Shown here: one piece after another, positions 1 through 8,701 of the stretch
How the letters are laid out: the number at the start of each line of letters is the position of its first letter
Position numbering within the stretch: the stretch's first letter is position 1
Source of the DNA: Candidatus Geohabitans tengchongensis
GTDB lineage: Bacteria > Sysuimicrobiota > Sysuimicrobiia > Sysuimicrobiales > Humicultoraceae
DNA length: 27,918 bases
Assembly (NCBI GenBank): GCA_031459625.1
Contig: JAVKIH010000001.1
Coordinates: 288,394 to 316,311, forward strand
Direction of reading: 5' to 3'
Position numbers and translations under genes: made by a program
Notes under the pieces: generated by a model
Told to the model about the DNA's origin: nothing
The model's database searches: none
What the model saw: only the letters and a program-made list of their open reading frames with translations

Positions 1-22
1 CGGTAAGATCCAGCGGAAGTGA
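1..22 (+). CDS. 3' end of an upstream gene, probably the BMP-family substrate-binding protein of the ABC transporter (partial)
   Basis: Frame 2 reads G-K-I-Q-R-K-stop (TGA 20-22). It sits directly before a CUT2 ATPase and two permeases and is followed by a strong hairpin. Only 6 codons are visible. Confidence 0.4.
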
Positions 23-32
23 GACCGGGACG

Positions 33-56
33 GGGGGGCCTCGGCGGAGGCCCCCC
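33..56 (+). terminator. Intercistronic GC-rich stem-loop (mRNA stabiliser or partial terminator)
   Basis: GGGGGGCCTC-ggcg-GAGGCCCCCC is a perfect 10-bp stem with a 4-nt loop. There is no U-tract. Its position after the presumed binding-protein gene is typical of ABC operons. Confidence 0.55.
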
Positions 57-72
57 GGGCGTACGGTGCGCC

Positions 73-1602
73 ATGGACACTGCCGCCGTCCTGCGGATGG
101 AGGAGATCACCAAGCGGTTCGGGCCGATTGTGGCCAACGACCGCGTCACGCTGGACGTCCGCGCAGGGACCGTACACGCGCTCCTCGGCGAGAACGGCGC
201 GGGCAAGACGACGCTGATGAACGTCCTCTACGGGTTGTACCAGCCGGACTCGGGCCGCATCTACCTGCGGGGCGTCCCGGTCCGCTTCTCCTCGCCACGC
301 GACGCCATCCGGCAGGGGATCGGAATGATCCACCAGCAGTTCATGCTCGTCCCCCAGCTGACGGTGGCCGAAAACGTCATGCTCGGTCTGCCGCCCCGGC
401 GGGGTCCGTTCCTGGCCCGGGGGGCGGTGGAGACGGAGATCGCCACCCTGGCGCGGACGTACGGACTGGACGTCGACCCCCGGGCCGCTGTCTGGCAGCT
501 CCCGGTAGGAGCACAGCAGAGGGTGGAGATCCTCAAGGCCATCTACCGTGGAGCAGACCTCCTCATCCTGGACGAGCCCACCTCGGTGCTCACCCCGGCG
601 GAGGCCGAGGCCCTCTTCGCCATCCTCCGGCAGTTCGTCCGGGAAGGGCGGTCCGTCATCTTTATCACCCACAAGCTCGAGGAAGTCATGCGTGTCAGCG
701 ACGAGGTGACCGTCCTCCGTCAGGGGCGGGTCGTCGGTACGGTTGCCACCCGCGAGACTAGCGCGGAGAGCCTGGCGCGGATGATGGTTGGGCGCGAGGT
801 GGTCCTGCGACTGCAGAAGGACCCCGTCGTCATCGGGGAGGCCGTGCTGGAGGTCCGGTCCCTCCAGGCGCTGAACGACCGGGGCGTGGCGGCGCTCCGG
901 GGAGTTTCCTTCCAGGTGCGGCGGGGCGAGATCTTCGGTGTCGCCGGGGTCGACGGGAACGGACAGACGGAGCTCGCGGAGGCGGTCGTGGGCCTGCGCC
1001 CCGTCCAGGGCGGGCGCATCCTCCTGCGGGGGCGGGACATCACCGCTGTTCCCGTTCGCGAGCGTATCGCCTGCGGTATGACGTACATCCCCGCAGACCG
1101 GGCGCGCTTCGGGGTCATCGGCGACATGGCCGTCGCGGACAATCTCGTCCTCAAGGTCGTACACCGACCTCCCTACTCCCGACGGACACTCCTCGACCGC
1201 GTTGCCATCGCCGCGCACGCCCGGGGACTTGTGAGCCGATTCGACATTCGCCTCGCCCATGTCTTCCAGCCGGTCCGCCACCTCTCGGGGGGGAATCAGC
1301 AGAAGGTGGTGCTCGCCCGGGAGGTGGGCGCGGACCCGGACGTCCTTGTGGCCGTCCAGCCGACGCGCGGGCTGGACGTGGGGGCCGCGGAGTACGTCTT
1401 GCGAACGATTCTCGCGCAGCGGGCGCGGGGGACGGCGATCCTGTATATCTCCACAGAGCTGGACGAGTTGCTGACCGTGAGCGACCGGCTTGCGGTGCTC
1501 TTCAACGGGGAGATCATGGGCGTCGTCGATCCGCGGCTGGTCTCACTGAGGGAGATCAGCCTCATGATGACGGGGGCGTTGCGCCAGGCGGCGGCAGGAT
1601 GA
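73..1602 (+). CDS. ABC transporter ATP-binding protein, CUT2 nucleoside/sugar type (two fused ABC domains, YufO/NupO-like)
   Basis: Walker A GENGAGKT, Walker B LILDEPT, FITHKL H-loop, second domain GVDGNGQTEL, LSGGNQQK and QPTRGLDVG. The ATG at 73 is preferred over the GTG at 19, which overlaps the hairpin. Confidence 0.95.
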   Translation: MDTAAVLRMEEITKRFGPIVANDRVTLDVRAGTVHALLGENGAGKTTLMNVLYGLYQPDSGRIYLRGVPVRFSSPRDAIRQGIGMIHQQFMLVPQLTVAENVMLGLPPRRGPFLARGAVETEIATLARTYGLDVDPRAAVWQLPVGAQQRVEILKAIYRGADLLILDEPTSVLTPAEAEALFAILRQFVREGRSVIFITHKLEEVMRVSDEVTVLRQGRVVGTVATRETSAESLARMMVGREVVLRLQKDPVVIGEAVLEVRSLQALNDRGVAALRGVSFQVRRGEIFGVAGVDGNGQTELAEAVVGLRPVQGGRILLRGRDITAVPVRERIACGMTYIPADRARFGVIGDMAVADNLVLKVVHRPPYSRRTLLDRVAIAAHARGLVSRFDIRLAHVFQPVRHLSGGNQQKVVLAREVGADPDVLVAVQPTRGLDVGAAEYVLRTILAQRARGTAILYISTELDELLTVSDRLAVLFNGEIMGVVDPRLVSLREISLMMTGALRQAAAG

Positions 1603-2696
1603 GGGCGCGGGGCTGGGTGGCCAGCTCCCTCCCCCTCTGGGCAGTCTTCGGGGCCCTTCTGCTCGGCATGGTCCTCGTGGGGGTGGCCGGTGCGCACCCC
1701 CTGCGCGCCTACGGGGAACTGCTCCGGGGCGCGGTGGCCGATGTCTTCGGGCTGTCCACGACCCTGGTGAAGGCGACCCCCCTGCTGTTTGCCGGCTTGG
1801 GTGTGGGCATCGCTCTGAGAGCGGGCCTCTTCAACATCGGGGCAGAGGGGCAAATCTACCTCGGCGGGCTCGCCGCCGCCCTGGTGGGCCTCTACCTCCA
1901 AGGCCTTCCCTCCCTCCTCCACGTCCTGCTGGCCCTCGCGGCCGGATTCCTGGCGGGAGCGGCGTGGGGGCTCGTGCCGGGGCTGCTGAAGGTCTTCCGT
2001 GGGGTCAACGAGGTCATCACCACCCTGCTCATGAACTATGTGGGGATCTTGCTGATCAGCCTCATAGTCAGCGGCCCCCTCATCGAACCGGGGGCCCCCT
2101 ATCCGTATACGCGTCCCCTCGCCGACTCCGCACTCCTGCCGGTGATCATCCCCGGGACTGACGCGCACGCCGGGATCGTCCTCGCACTGGTGACGGCCCT
2201 GCTCCTGCACGCGCTTCTGGCGCGGACGACACTGGGATTCTATCTGCGCAGTGTGGGGCTCAACCCGTCCGCCTCCGCCGCGGCGGGCATCAACGTTCGC
2301 GCTGTGCTCCTCGTGGCTATGGCGGGTGCGGGGGGGTTGGCCGGTGTGGCCGGTGCGGTCGAGGTGATTGGCCTGAAGCACCGCCTCTTCGAGAATTTCT
2401 CCCCCGGCTACGGGTACGATGCCGTGGTGGTCGCCTTCCTCAGCAACGGGCAGCCGCTGGGGGTCGTGGCTATGGGGGTCTTCTTTGGGGCCCTTCGGAG
2501 TGGGGCGAATATCATGCAGCGGAGCGTGGGAGTCCCCGTCGCCATCGTCTTCGCCATCCAGGGCCTCGCCGTGCTCTTCCTCGCTGCCAGCCTGGCGGTG
2601 CAGCGACGGTGGACCCTGCCCACCCTCGTGGCCGCTCCGCGGTCAGAGGCTCCCCGCCTCGCCGCGTCCATCGGTGCCAAGCATGAGTCCTCTTGA
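1599..2696 (+). CDS. ABC transporter permease (nucleoside-type, YufP/NupP-like)
   Basis: Hydrophobic, with motifs GLFNIGAEGQ, VNEVITTLLMNY and GYGYDAVVVAFL. ATGA overlap with the ATPase stop. Confidence 0.93.
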   Translation: MRARGWVASSLPLWAVFGALLLGMVLVGVAGAHPLRAYGELLRGAVADVFGLSTTLVKATPLLFAGLGVGIALRAGLFNIGAEGQIYLGGLAAALVGLYLQGLPSLLHVLLALAAGFLAGAAWGLVPGLLKVFRGVNEVITTLLMNYVGILLISLIVSGPLIEPGAPYPYTRPLADSALLPVIIPGTDAHAGIVLALVTALLLHALLARTTLGFYLRSVGLNPSASAAAGINVRAVLLVAMAGAGGLAGVAGAVEVIGLKHRLFENFSPGYGYDAVVVAFLSNGQPLGVVAMGVFFGALRSGANIMQRSVGVPVAIVFAIQGLAVLFLAASLAVQRRWTLPTLVAAPRSEAPRLAASIGAKHESS

Positions 2697-3615
2697 GTAC
2701 GTCCTCGTCCTCTCCTACCTCACGGCGACGGTCCGCCTGACCACTCCCATCGGCCTGGCGGCCATGGGGGGCGTCCTTTCCGAGCGGTCGGGTGTCTTCA
2801 ACATCGCCCTGGAAGGGATGATGCTCTTCGGGGCGCTGACGGGAGTCCTGGGTTCCCACTACTGGGGGAGTCCCTGGGCAGGGACTGCCGCCGCTGCGGG
2901 AGTCGGCGCGGTCCTCGGCCTCCTCCTCGCGTACCTGAGCGTCACCCTGGGGGCCAACCAGATCGTCTCCGGCGTGGCCCTTAACCTGTTCGCCTTCGGG
3001 TGTACGACTTTCCTGGCGCGGGTCCTGCTGCGCCCCGCCGGGATCGAACAGGTCCCGGCTTTCCAGCCCCTGGTGGTGCCCTACCTTGCCGACCTGCCCC
3101 TGATCGGACCCGTGCTCTTCCGGCAGACGCCCCTGGTCTACGCGGCCCTGGTGTTGGCCCCCGCACTCACCCTCTTCCTCTTCCGGACCCCCTGGGGGCT
3201 GGGCCTTCGGGCGGTCGGGGAGCACCCACGGGCCGCCGACACGGCGGGGCTGAAGGTGGCCCAGATGCGCTACGGTGCGGTCGTCGCCAGCGGGATGCTG
3301 GCCGGGACGGCGGGAGCCTTCCTCTCCCTGGGGCACCTCAACCTGTTCACGGAGAACATGAGCGCAGGCCGGGGGTTCATCGCTCTGGCGGCGGTGATCT
3401 TCGGGAAGTGGCACCCACTGGGGGCCTTGGGTGCGGCCCTGCTCTTCGGCGCCGCCGACGCCTTTCAGCTCCTCATCCAGACCTACAACCTCGGGGTCCC
3501 CTACCAGGTGCCCGTTATGCTGCCGTACCTCTTGGCCCTCCTGGCCCTCACGGGTCTGGTGGGCCGTATGGCGCCGCCGGCGGCGGCAGGGACTCCCTAC
3601 CGCGCCGAGGAGTGA
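2683..3615 (+). CDS. ABC transporter permease (nucleoside-type, YufQ/NupQ-like)
   Basis: Motifs SERSGVFNIALEGMML, LRAVGEHPRAADTAG and GRGFIALAAVIFGKW. The ATG at 2683 (MSPLEY) overlaps the end of the previous gene. Confidence 0.93.
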   Translation: MSPLEYVLVLSYLTATVRLTTPIGLAAMGGVLSERSGVFNIALEGMMLFGALTGVLGSHYWGSPWAGTAAAAGVGAVLGLLLAYLSVTLGANQIVSGVALNLFAFGCTTFLARVLLRPAGIEQVPAFQPLVVPYLADLPLIGPVLFRQTPLVYAALVLAPALTLFLFRTPWGLGLRAVGEHPRAADTAGLKVAQMRYGAVVASGMLAGTAGAFLSLGHLNLFTENMSAGRGFIALAAVIFGKWHPLGALGAALLFGAADAFQLLIQTYNLGVPYQVPVMLPYLLALLALTGLVGRMAPPAAAGTPYRAEE

Positions 3616-3618
3616 GCC

Positions 3619-4653
3619 GTGGTCCCGGGAGCCACCACCGCGGACCGGATCGTGGCCCCCACCGATGCCGGACGCTCGCGGATGGGGTTGGGGTTCCTGG
3701 GCACACCCCCCGTACCCCGCATGGTGGAGCTGGCGCAGGCGGCGGAGGCCGCCGGATTCGCGTCCGTGTGGGTGGCCGAGACTCGGCTGCGCCGGGACGG
3801 CATCACCGCGGTCGCCGCCATCGCCGTGGCCACCCGCCGGGTATCGGTGGCGACGGGCCTGGTGAATGTCTACACGCGGGGGCCCGTTCTCCTGGCCCAG
3901 ACGGCCGCCACCCTCGCTGAGCTCTCGGGCGGCCGGTTCGCCCTTGGGGTGGGAGCGGGATCTGCGGAGATCCTGCGGGCTCAGGGCATCGCCCCGGATC
4001 GGCCCTTCACCCGTTTGCGCGAGTACGTGGACGTCCTGCGGCCGCTGCTAGTGGGGCAGACCGTCGAGTACGAGGGACGGGTGGTCCGGGTGCGCGGGGC
4101 GCGACTGGAGGTGGTCCCGCCGGTGCCGCCTCCCCTGTACCTGGGCGTCACGGGGCCCCGCGGCCTGCGGCTGGCGGGACGGGTGGCGGACGGGGTGCTG
4201 CTGGACGCGTTCGTACCGATGGCGTACATCCAGCGGGCGGCGGAGGTCGTGCAGGCCGCGGCTGGCGAAACTGGGCGGGGGCGGGTAGACATCGCGGGGA
4301 TCGTGATGACAGCCATCGCCGAGAATGGGGCCACCGCGCGGGAGAGGATGCGGGCCGCCATCGCCCGATACTACACGCTCTTCCCCACGATCGCGGCGGT
4401 CAGTGGGCTGAGCCCCGACGAGGTGGAGCGCCTCCAGCGTGTCACGCGGCAGGAGGGGCCTCGGGCCGGTGGCCGTTACCTCAGTGACGCGCTGGTGGAT
4501 GCGGTCTGCCTGGCGGGGACGCCAGAGGAATGCCGACGGGGCCTCCAGCGCTTCCGGGCGGCTGGCCTGGACCTGCCTGTCCTCATGACGCCGGACGACC
4601 CCGCGGATCTGCTGGAGGCCTTTGGCCAGAATGCCACGTCCGGTGAGGGGTGA
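3619..4653 (+). CDS. LLM-class (luciferase-like) flavin- or F420-dependent oxidoreductase, Mer-like
   Basis: AEAAGFASVWVAE, LAELSGGRFALGVGAG, PLYLGVTGPRGLRLAGRVADGVLL and AGTPEEC. The start may be the later ATG (MGLGFLG). Confidence 0.88.
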   Translation: MVPGATTADRIVAPTDAGRSRMGLGFLGTPPVPRMVELAQAAEAAGFASVWVAETRLRRDGITAVAAIAVATRRVSVATGLVNVYTRGPVLLAQTAATLAELSGGRFALGVGAGSAEILRAQGIAPDRPFTRLREYVDVLRPLLVGQTVEYEGRVVRVRGARLEVVPPVPPPLYLGVTGPRGLRLAGRVADGVLLDAFVPMAYIQRAAEVVQAAAGETGRGRVDIAGIVMTAIAENGATARERMRAAIARYYTLFPTIAAVSGLSPDEVERLQRVTRQEGPRAGGRYLSDALVDAVCLAGTPEECRRGLQRFRAAGLDLPVLMTPDDPADLLEAFGQNATSGEG

Positions 4654-4657
4654 GCGC

Positions 4658-6067
4658 ATGAACCGACCCGAACGGCTCGATCTGCTCCTCGCGGGGGGGA
4701 CGGTCATCACCATGGACCCGGATCGCCGCATCCTGGAGCGCGGGGCTGTAGGCGTTCGGGGCTCCCGGATCGCCGTGGTGGGCCCGGCCGAGGATCTGGA
4801 GGGGGTCCCGGCGGCCCGTCGCCTCGACGTCTCCGGGAAGGTCGTCTTCCCCGGCTTGGTGAACACCCACACCCACCTCTTCCAGACACTGCTCAAGGGG
4901 CCGGCGGACGACCGCGTGCTGGAGGAGTGGTTCCGCGAGGTCGTGGCCCCCGCCGCCAGCGAGCTCACGGAAGAGGACTGCTATGTGGCCGCGGCGTTGG
5001 GGTGCGTCGAGGCCCTGCGCTCGGGCACGACGACGCTCAAGGACTTCATGTACGTGCACCCCCGCCCCCATCTTTCCGACGCGGTGATCCGCGCCATGGT
5101 GGAGACGGGGATCCGGGGAGTGTTCGTGCGCGGTTACATCGATATGGGCGACGAGTACGGCATTCCGCGCGCCCTCATCCAGTCCACCGAGGACGTCCTG
5201 GCCGACTGTGAGCGGGTGGCCAAGCGTTACCACGGGGCCGCCGACGGGCGGATCACCGTGCGCTTCGGTCCGTGCATGATCTGGTCGTGCACCGCAGAGG
5301 GGTTGCGGGCCACGCAGCACCTGGCGGCCCACCTCGGCCTGGGACTGACGATGCACGTGGCGGAGACCCCCTTCTCCGTGCAGAACGCCATGGCCCGTTT
5401 CGGTGTGGGCGACCTCGCGGCCCTGGAGCGGTTGGGCGTGTTGGAGACCCCTACCCTGGCGGTGCACTGCGTCCACCTCACCCCCCGTGACCTGCGCATC
5501 CTCAAGGCGCGGGGTACTGCGGTCTCCCACAACCCCACGAGCAACATGTACCTGGCGGCCGGTGTGGCCCCGGTCCCTCAGATGCTCCTCGCCGGCATCC
5601 CCGTGGGTCTGGCCACCGATGGCCCGGCGAGCAACAACAACCAGAACATGATCGAGGCTCTCAAGTTCGCGGCCCTCCTGCACAAGGTGCACACGGGCGA
5701 CCCCACCGCGATCACCGTGGAGCAGGTCTTCGAGATGGCCACACTGGGTGCGGCTCGTGCCCTGGGCCTGGAGGGCGAGGTGGGGTCCTTGGAGGTTGGC
5801 AAGCGGGCGGACATCGCCGTGGCCGACCTCTGCACGGCCACGGCCTCCCCTGTCCACCACCCCGTCTCATCGCTGGTGTACTCCGCGATCGGTTCGGAAG
5901 TGGAGACGGTCATCATCGATGGCCGCCTAGTCATGGAGGGTGGTCGGATCCTCACCGTGGATGAGGGGGGCCTCCTCCGGGAGGCGCAGCGCGCCGCCCA
6001 CGCCCTCCTGCAGCGTGCCCGCATTGCGCCGCCTGCGGCCCGCGCCTGGCGCGCCCTGGCCTTCTAG
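4658..6067 (+). CDS. Amidohydrolase-family deaminase (MtaD/SsnA/Atz-Trz-like)
   Basis: PGLVNTHTHLFQ (HxH), MHVAET, AVHCVHL, SHNPTSN, GLATDG and GSLEVGKRADI. ATG at 4658 after GAGGGG. Confidence 0.92.
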   Translation: MNRPERLDLLLAGGTVITMDPDRRILERGAVGVRGSRIAVVGPAEDLEGVPAARRLDVSGKVVFPGLVNTHTHLFQTLLKGPADDRVLEEWFREVVAPAASELTEEDCYVAAALGCVEALRSGTTTLKDFMYVHPRPHLSDAVIRAMVETGIRGVFVRGYIDMGDEYGIPRALIQSTEDVLADCERVAKRYHGAADGRITVRFGPCMIWSCTAEGLRATQHLAAHLGLGLTMHVAETPFSVQNAMARFGVGDLAALERLGVLETPTLAVHCVHLTPRDLRILKARGTAVSHNPTSNMYLAAGVAPVPQMLLAGIPVGLATDGPASNNNQNMIEALKFAALLHKVHTGDPTAITVEQVFEMATLGAARALGLEGEVGSLEVGKRADIAVADLCTATASPVHHPVSSLVYSAIGSEVETVIIDGRLVMEGGRILTVDEGGLLREAQRAAHALLQRARIAPPAARAWRALAF

Positions 6068-6070
6068 GAC

Positions 6071-7027
6071 GTGGGCGCCGACCGCGACCTGCGCCCCCCG
6101 GACGCGCTGGAGAGCCCGCGCTTCGCAGGAATCCGCACCTTCATGCGCCTCCCCCACCGACCTGCGGCGGCAGGGGCTGACGTCGTCGTCCTGGGGATCC
6201 CCTTCGACACGGGCGCCACCTTCCGCGTGGGGGCGCGCTTTGGTCCTGTCGCGATCCGGGCCGCCTCAGTCCTCCTCAAGCCGTACTCGGTGGAGCAGGG
6301 GGTGGACGTCTTCGCCGCCTGCAGCGCCGTGGACCTCGGCGACGTGGACGTCGTCCCGGGCTACCTGGACGACTCCTACGCGCGCATCCGGGAGGCGGTG
6401 GCCGCGGTGGTGGCCGCGGGCGCCGTCCCCCTGGCGCTGGGCGGGGATCACTCCATCACCCTTCCGGAGTTGCGCGCCCTGGCGGGGCACTGGGGCCCGC
6501 TGGCCCTGGTGCAGTTCGATGCCCACACCGACACCTGGGACTCGTACTTTGGGCGAAAGTACACGCACGGCACGGTGGTACGGCGCGCGGTGGAGGAGGG
6601 CCTCATCCTCCCCCAACGCTCCACCCAGGTGGGGATTCGTGGACCTCTCTACCGCGCGGACGATGTCGAGGAGGCGCGCCGTCTGGGATTGGAGGTCATC
6701 CCGATGACCACCGTGCGGCGCCAGGGCGCGGAGGCGGTGGCTGAGGCGATCCGTCGGCGGACGGCGGATGCCCCGGCCTTCCTGTCGTTCGACGTCGACT
6801 TCCTGGATCCGGCTTTCGCCCCCGGGACGGGGACACCCCAGGTGGGCGGGGCTACCTCGGCGGAGGCGCTGCAGATCCTCCAGGGGTGCGCCGGCCTGAC
6901 CATGGCCGGCGCTGACGTGGTGGAGGTCGTCCCTGCCTACGACGTGGGGGAGATTACCGCTCTGCTGGCGGCGCAAGTTGTCTTCGAGTATCTGGCACTG
7001 GTTGGCCGGCAGCGGGTCGGGGGCTGA
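6071..7027 (+). CDS. speB: Agmatinase-family ureohydrolase
   Basis: PRFAGIRTFMRLP, GARFGP, GGDHS, DAHTD, HGT, SFDVDFLDP and APGTGTP. The binuclear metal ligand motifs are present. The exact substrate is uncertain. Confidence 0.88.
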   Translation: MGADRDLRPPDALESPRFAGIRTFMRLPHRPAAAGADVVVLGIPFDTGATFRVGARFGPVAIRAASVLLKPYSVEQGVDVFAACSAVDLGDVDVVPGYLDDSYARIREAVAAVVAAGAVPLALGGDHSITLPELRALAGHWGPLALVQFDAHTDTWDSYFGRKYTHGTVVRRAVEEGLILPQRSTQVGIRGPLYRADDVEEARRLGLEVIPMTTVRRQGAEAVAEAIRRRTADAPAFLSFDVDFLDPAFAPGTGTPQVGGATSAEALQILQGCAGLTMAGADVVEVVPAYDVGEITALLAAQVVFEYLALVGRQRVGG

Positions 7028-7028
7028 G

Positions 7029-7342
7029 GTGGTCCCGACCCACGACCTCGTCATCCCGTCCTTCGTCAATGCTCACCTCCACCTGGACAAGGTGTGCACG
7101 CGGGATCTCGTGGCCGACGGAGCACAGGAGCAGAACGCCAGCGGGGCGATGGGGGGCGCCATGAGGCGATCGAGTGGGCCGCCGCCATCAAGGATCGCTA
7201 CGCGGGAGAGTGCGTCTACGGAATGCGCGCCGGGCAGTGCGGGAGGAGTTGCGCCACGGCGTCACCCACGTCCTGGCGTTCGCCGATACAGACACCCGGC
7301 CGCGACTGGAAGCCGCGGCAGCGCTGGACAGAGTCAGAGGGA
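7029..7342 (+). pseudogene. Remnant of a cytosine/creatinine deaminase-like amidohydrolase
   Basis: Three frames join into LVIPSFVNAHLHLDKV...AMGGAM / EAIEWAAAIKDRY / NARRAVREELRHGVTHVLAFADTDTRPRLE, with frameshifts near 7163 and 7221. It is truncated at both ends. Confidence 0.8.
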
Positions 7343-7440
7343 GCAGGAAGAAAGACCCAATACCTGTGCAGCTCGGTTGGCAAAATCCCAGTTCTTACCC
7401 TGTGCGGCGGCTGGGCGGACAGGTGGGCGTGGGGACCGGT

Positions 7441-7469
7441 GGGCTCAGGGCGCCCAGCACCCTGAGCCC
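7441..7469 (-). terminator. Strong hairpin downstream of the minus-strand cassette
   Basis: GGGCTCAGGG (7441-7450) and CCCTGAGCCC (7460-7469) are a perfect inverted repeat, extending to 13 bp with one G-U pair on the minus-strand RNA. There is no U-tract. Confidence 0.4.
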
Positions 7470-7697
7470 GCTTCCCGCCTCCGCGTACGCCCTGCTGATC
7501 TCCCGGCCAGCCCGTGCCCACCATGCGTACCCGTACGAGCCCATGTCCTCCTTCACGAACCGGGTCACGACCGGGTCGTCCACATGCTCCAGCCACTGCT
7601 CCCGAACCGTGTAGAGCTCCAGGGCCAAAGGCCACCGCCATGCTGCAGGGGGCAACGCTGCGCTATGGGTGGACGGTCTGGGGGCGATGCCGCGGCC

Positions 7698-8105
7698 CTA
7701 TCTCCCGCAGCGGAATCCGGCAGGGCGGAGCCGATGATCCTCCGGGCGGGCTGGGTTGTAGCAGACCTTCACCGCATCACCGGGCTTGTAGGTCTCGTCC
7801 TGGGTGCGGAGGCCTTCGTACACGCGCCCGGCGACCCGATAGCGGTAGGTGATGTCGTACCCCTCGTGGACCTCCATGCTCTCCTCATCCTGTGTCGTCC
7901 AGGTGACTTTGCGCACCTCGACGACTTCCGCCAGGGCCTCCGCCGAGCGGCTCCGGTCAGCCTGCACCTCCGCCAGGACGATCCAGAGTGCTGCGCCCAG
8001 GAAGAGCCCCACACCGGCCAGAGGCATCCACTTCCACCGCTCCCGCTGCGAGCTGCGGGGAGCGGGACGGTCAGACGTGTGCGTCGACGTCGGCACGATC
8101 GACAC
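7698..8105 (-). CDS. DUF3592-like membrane-anchored protein
   Basis: One TM helix (LAGVGLFLGAALWIVLA) followed by a beta-rich domain ITYRYRVAGRVYEG...YKPGDAVKVCYNPARPED. GTG start at 8105 with GGGGAG upstream. Confidence 0.7.
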   Translation of the reverse strand: MSIVPTSTHTSDRPAPRSSQRERWKWMPLAGVGLFLGAALWIVLAEVQADRSRSAEALAEVVEVRKVTWTTQDEESMEVHEGYDITYRYRVAGRVYEGLRTQDETYKPGDAVKVCYNPARPEDHRLRPAGFRCGR

Positions 8106-8124
8106 CTCGGCACTCCCCCTTCGG

Positions 8125-8659
8125 CTAGGATCGGCTAAAGCGAAGGCTCTGGAGCATCTGCTTGAAGAGCGGTTCCACGCGCTGCCACTCGCGGGTCGGT
8201 GATTCGTACATGACAAAACCGGCGGCGGTGTGCTGGGCGCCGGGAACGGGTTGTGCGCCGATGAGGATCCAGGCGCGTTTGGGGGTCCGGCTCTCCGGGT
8301 ACGTCCACTCCCACGTGGCCTCGATGCTGCTCGCGCCTGACGCATCGCTGGCCGGTCGGACCCGCCGGCTGAGTACCCGGTAGCCCGGGAGCGTGCCGAA
8401 CTCGTCCACCACCAGGGACTGGAACCGGGTCTCCACCACTACCCGGCCCTCCAGCTTGATGGTGGGCAGGATCGAGAAGAAGGTCAGCCCGTCGCCGGGT
8501 GTGAACGCCGTGACCCCGCTGCGCTTCTCGACCCCATCCCTTGGGGTAGAAGATCGAGAACAGCCCGGCGGCATCCCGGTAGGGTTGCAGGGTCTCCGCC
8601 CGGATGGCGGAGACCGCGACCAGGACGACCAGAGCCGTGATCCCCAGCACCTTCCACAT
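8125..8659 (-). pseudogene. Exported PsbP/DcrB(Mog1p)-like protein interrupted by a single-base frameshift
   Basis: RBS GGAGG, signal peptide MWKVLGITALVVLVAVSAIRA, then YRDAAGLFSIFYPKGW. Removing one base from the run at 8532-8535 continues VEKRSGVTAF...EWQRVEPLFKQMLQSLRF, the typical ending of this fold. Confidence 0.72.
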
Positions 8660-8701
8660 GACACCATCCCTCCCATGCCCCACACGGGCCGCCCCGGCAC
8701 G

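Noticed and set aside
6978..8138. 386-aa ORF as an intact amidohydrolase
   Set aside because: Only about 45 residues around HLHLDK are homolog-like. The rest is off-frame or antisense to the DUF3592-like gene.
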